Below are positions 61,397-64,000 of a DNA stretch of 64,000 bases, in pieces. Numbering within the stretch: position 1 is the first letter of the stretch; every line of letters begins with the position of its first letter. The position numbers were made by a program, and so were the translations under genes. This DNA is from Pseudomonadota bacterium (GTDB lineage Bacteria; Pseudomonadota; Alphaproteobacteria; Rickettsiales; SXRF01). Where the stretch lies: assembly GCA_038043465.1 (NCBI GenBank), contig JBBTBX010000001.1, forward strand, positions 30,686 to 94,685. Reading direction: 5' to 3'. The notes beneath the pieces were generated by a model. It did no database searches. It was not told the DNA's origin and saw only the letters and a program-made list of their open reading frames with translations.

Positions 61397-62347
61397 CTAT
61401 CTTCCTAATTTATTAAGTGATTTCTGATCTGTGTTTCCAGTACGGATCATTTCGTCAATTATCTTAAAAGTAAACGATGCAAATTGCTCTTTAGGTGGAA
61501 TTTCAGCACCGCTTTTTATCATTTGTGCTAATATTTCCATAGAACCTCTTTCAACTAAATTAAATACTTTTGTAGCGTATTCAATCGAAGGATATAGTAT
61601 GTCGTTTTTATTAACATTTTCTTGTGCTGCAATTACCACAACGGAAGATTGACTTAAATTATTTCGTACTTTGTCGTAATTCCAATTTGGAACTTCTTCA
61701 ATGTTAGAAACAGTACTCATAGTTTTATCACATATTTTGATAAGCTTTGCAGGCATGGAGGCATCTTTAATTCTATCTATCTGCCATTTGGTTTTAGAGA
61801 CAAATTTTTCATCCTTAACGCTGTTATAATCAACAGGATTGGTAACTTCATCAATCAGTTTTAGAAGCTTATCTGCAAATTCTTTGTTTGGAAATGCTTC
61901 TCTGACCTTACCGATTGCTTTCTGACGAGCCACTAGTGGGTTAATACCAGCTTCTGATTCGGGCATGGTTTTTGGATCTTTTCCAGCCTCTATCAGCTTT
62001 AAATATTTTTTTACTTCATCTTTTTTATAATCTTCTATCCCATCATGCAGAAGTGCTGCAGCGAGCAAGACGCTTCTGTCCGGTATTTTTTCATTATCGC
62101 CAATGCATTTATGAACCATGTCATAAACTTGTAAAGGGTGAGTTATGTAATCTGGTTTTTGCAGCCCTTTACGAGTCTGACCATCATGGAATTCTACGGC
62201 TAACAAATACGCTCTGCGAATAATTTTCTTTTCATCTCTGAGAGCAATACTCCCCACACCGCGTTTCAAAATATCATTCCTAATAATATCCCTGACATTG
62301 TGCGGATATTTATCAATGTTTTCCGGATATTTTTTTGCAGATTCCAT
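61397..62347 (-). CDS. HD-domain protein, RelA/SpoT-type (p)ppGpp hydrolase-like (no synthetase domain)
   Basis: FHDGQTRKG...DYITHPLQV, AALLHDGIEDY, EVTNP and AKLIKICDK parallel the SpoT hydrolase motifs. Confidence 0.6.
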   Translation of the reverse strand: MESAKKYPENIDKYPHNVRDIIRNDILKRGVGSIALRDEKKIIRRAYLLAVEFHDGQTRKGLQKPDYITHPLQVYDMVHKCIGDNEKIPDRSVLLAAALLHDGIEDYKKDEVKKYLKLIEAGKDPKTMPESEAGINPLVARQKAIGKVREAFPNKEFADKLLKLIDEVTNPVDYNSVKDEKFVSKTKWQIDRIKDASMPAKLIKICDKTMSTVSNIEEVPNWNYDKVRNNLSQSSVVVIAAQENVNKNDILYPSIEYATKVFNLVERGSMEILAQMIKSGAEIPPKEQFASFTFKIIDEMIRTGNTDQKSLNKLGR

Positions 62348-62356
62348 AATAAACCC

Positions 62357-63670
62357 TCATGCTGCTTCTTCTACTAAAGTAAGTGCTGGTTTTGTGCGCT
62401 CGCTGATGCGCTCGATTTTCGCGCCGCAGGCCGATAGTTTTTCTTCAAGGCGTTCATAACCGCGATCGAGGTGATAGACGCGGTGGATTATGGTTTCGCC
62501 TTGTGCAGCCAGAGCCGCAATCACCAATGAAAGTGAGGCGCGTAGGTCGGTAGCCATTACTTCCGCGCCGGTCAGTTCGGCAACACCACGGATCATTGCG
62601 CTTGAACCATGCACCACAATTTTCGCGCCCATACGCGTGAGTTCCGGCACGTGCATATAACGGTTTTCAAAAATCGTTTCGGTTATCATAGAGGCACCTT
62701 CGGCAACGCAAAGCATCGCCATCATTTGCGCCTGCATATCGGTTGGGAAACCGGGGAAAGGCTGGGTCATTATATCAATTCCCTGAATTTTTTTGCCGGC
62801 AATAACACGGATGCCGCGTTCGGTTTCCAGCATTTCAACACCGGCAGCAGCAAATTTTTCGGCAATCGCCTGCATATGCTCCATGCGCGCGCCAATCAGT
62901 TCAACATCACCGCCGGTTATGGCAGTAGCTGCAGCAAAAGAGCCGGCCTCAATACGGTCAGGAATTATTGAATAATCGCAACCGGAAAGCTTTTCTACGC
63001 CTTCTATACGGATTGTGTCATGACCGATGCCGTCAATTTTCGCGCCCATTTTTTGCAGGCAATAAGCCAGATCGCAAACCTCAGGTTCACGCGCGGCATT
63101 ACGAATTATTGTTACACCTTCAGCAAGGCTTGCTGCCATCATTACGTTTGCGGTTGCGCCAACTGACACCTTCTCAAAGGTGATTTCCGCGCCTTTTAGT
63201 TTGCCGTGTGTATGAGCATGGATGTAGCCTTCCGCCAGCTCAATATGTGCGCCCATCTGCTCAAGAGCTTTCAGGTGCAGGTCGATAGGGCGAGTGCCGA
63301 TCGCGCAACCGCCGGGCAGGGAAACTTTTGCCGCGCCGAAACGGGCAAGCAGAGGCCCTAAAACCCATACCGATGCACGCATGGTACGCACCAGTTCATA
63401 AGGCGCGGTGAGGTTGTGAATGTTGGCTGAGGACATCGACATTGTGCGCCCGATATTCGCTCCGGCTGAGGAGATGGAAATATCAACACCGTGCTGCGCC
63501 AGCAGGTTCGCCATAGTCACTATATCGGCGAGATATGGAACGTTGGTGAGGGTTAGCGTATCGTCAGTGAGCAGGCTCGCTGCCATCAGTGGAAGCGCGG
63601 CATTTTTTGCCCCAGAGATGGGGATTATTCCTTGCAGTGGCTTACCGCCTATTATTTTTATTTTATCCAT
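62357..63670 (-). CDS. murA: UDP-N-acetylglucosamine 1-carboxyvinyltransferase
   Basis: [27 protein letters not shown] and the active-site GGCAIG.RPIDLH. Confidence 0.95.
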   Translation of the reverse strand: MDKIKIIGGKPLQGIIPISGAKNAALPLMAASLLTDDTLTLTNVPYLADIVTMANLLAQHGVDISISSAGANIGRTMSMSSANIHNLTAPYELVRTMRASVWVLGPLLARFGAAKVSLPGGCAIGTRPIDLHLKALEQMGAHIELAEGYIHAHTHGKLKGAEITFEKVSVGATANVMMAASLAEGVTIIRNAAREPEVCDLAYCLQKMGAKIDGIGHDTIRIEGVEKLSGCDYSIIPDRIEAGSFAAATAITGGDVELIGARMEHMQAIAEKFAAAGVEMLETERGIRVIAGKKIQGIDIMTQPFPGFPTDMQAQMMAMLCVAEGASMITETIFENRYMHVPELTRMGAKIVVHGSSAMIRGVAELTGAEVMATDLRASLSLVIAALAAQGETIIHRVYHLDRGYERLEEKLSACGAKIERISERTKPALTLVEEAA

Positions 63671-63768
63671 TTTTTCGTGACTCGTGGTTAGTGATTCGTG
63701 ATTCGGAATTAAGGACTAGAGATTGTGGGGAATACCCGAAACACGAAACTCTAATCCCGAAACCCGTC
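63671..63768. repeat. Heptad word arrays in inverted orientation between dcd and murA
   Basis: tcgtgac tcgtggt tagtgat tcgtgat tcggaat ... cccgaaa cacgaaa ctctaat cccgaaa cccg. Confidence 0.8.
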
Positions 63769-64000
63769 TTAGGCAACTTTCTCAATTCGTGGCAGGGTCA
63801 CACCTTTTTGTCCCTGATACTTTCCTTTGCGGTCGCCATAGGAAACTTCGCAGACAGACTCGCCTTTTAAAAACAAAAACTGGCACGCGCCTTCATTAGC
63901 ATAAATTTTTGCGGGCAGGGGAGTGGTGTTAGAAAATTCAAGCGTAACATGTCCTTCCCATTCCGGCTCCAGAGGAGTCACATTCACGATGATACCGCAG
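63769..64000 (-). CDS. dcd: dCTP deaminase, C-terminal part (gene continues past window end)
   Basis: [33 protein letters not shown]......[20 protein letters not shown]. Confidence 0.9.
   Translation of the reverse strand, partial: CGIIVNVTPLEPEWEGHVTLEFSNTTPLPAKIYANEGACQFLFLKGESVCEVSYGDRKGKYQGQKGVTLPRIEKVA

Overview
AT-rich chromosomal segment that looks alphaproteobacterial: a hisG-hisD-UPF0262-infA-maf block, an MSLYGA-type FlgE N-terminus, and sigma54-type flagellar promoters. The gene content and repeat load resemble an intracellular or symbiotic lineage, but that is inference only. Housekeeping content is kdpF-kdpA-kdpB, a folB-like/SDR pterin pair, pyrE, panC, bioA and bioB (separated), folE, apaG, bolA, a gshA-like ligase, rsmE, ubiA, a class IV aminotransferase, yifB/comM, murA, dcd and one tRNA-Arg(CCU). 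Other blocks are a lipid-recycling set (dgkA-lplT-aas), a YfiR-like protein with a sensor kinase, a degenerate-GGDEF/EAL protein, and a PrtD/HlyD-type type I secretion pair next to exbB-exbD-exbD-tonB. There are two dispersed pilin-like paralogues. A late flagellar cluster of roughly 14 kb runs fliB-fliC-flaG-fliD-fliS-fliK-flgD-flgE. Most unusual points: (1) A 1160-aa flagellin and a ~1019-aa hook protein share a ~55-aa module, present once in the flagellin and three times in the hook. (2) Intergenic DNA is full of small repeats: heptanucleotide-periodic word arrays that pair into hairpins just after stop codons, GTCAT...ATGAC hairpin elements, a GEG-type palindrome lying in frame inside rsmE, and a 106-bp MITE-like element in two copies. 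(3) Three toxin-antitoxin cassettes each carry an insertion scar. A parE is split by an IS1-family element carrying three passenger ORFs, a relE/XRE pair is wedged between lplT and aas, and a parE-like pair sits in the first codons of hisG, bracketed by a 30-bp duplication. No rRNA, CRISPR array, prophage or recognisable defence island was seen. Nothing here can be shown from sequence alone to be a new system; the flagellar module sharing and the repeat families are the best leads.
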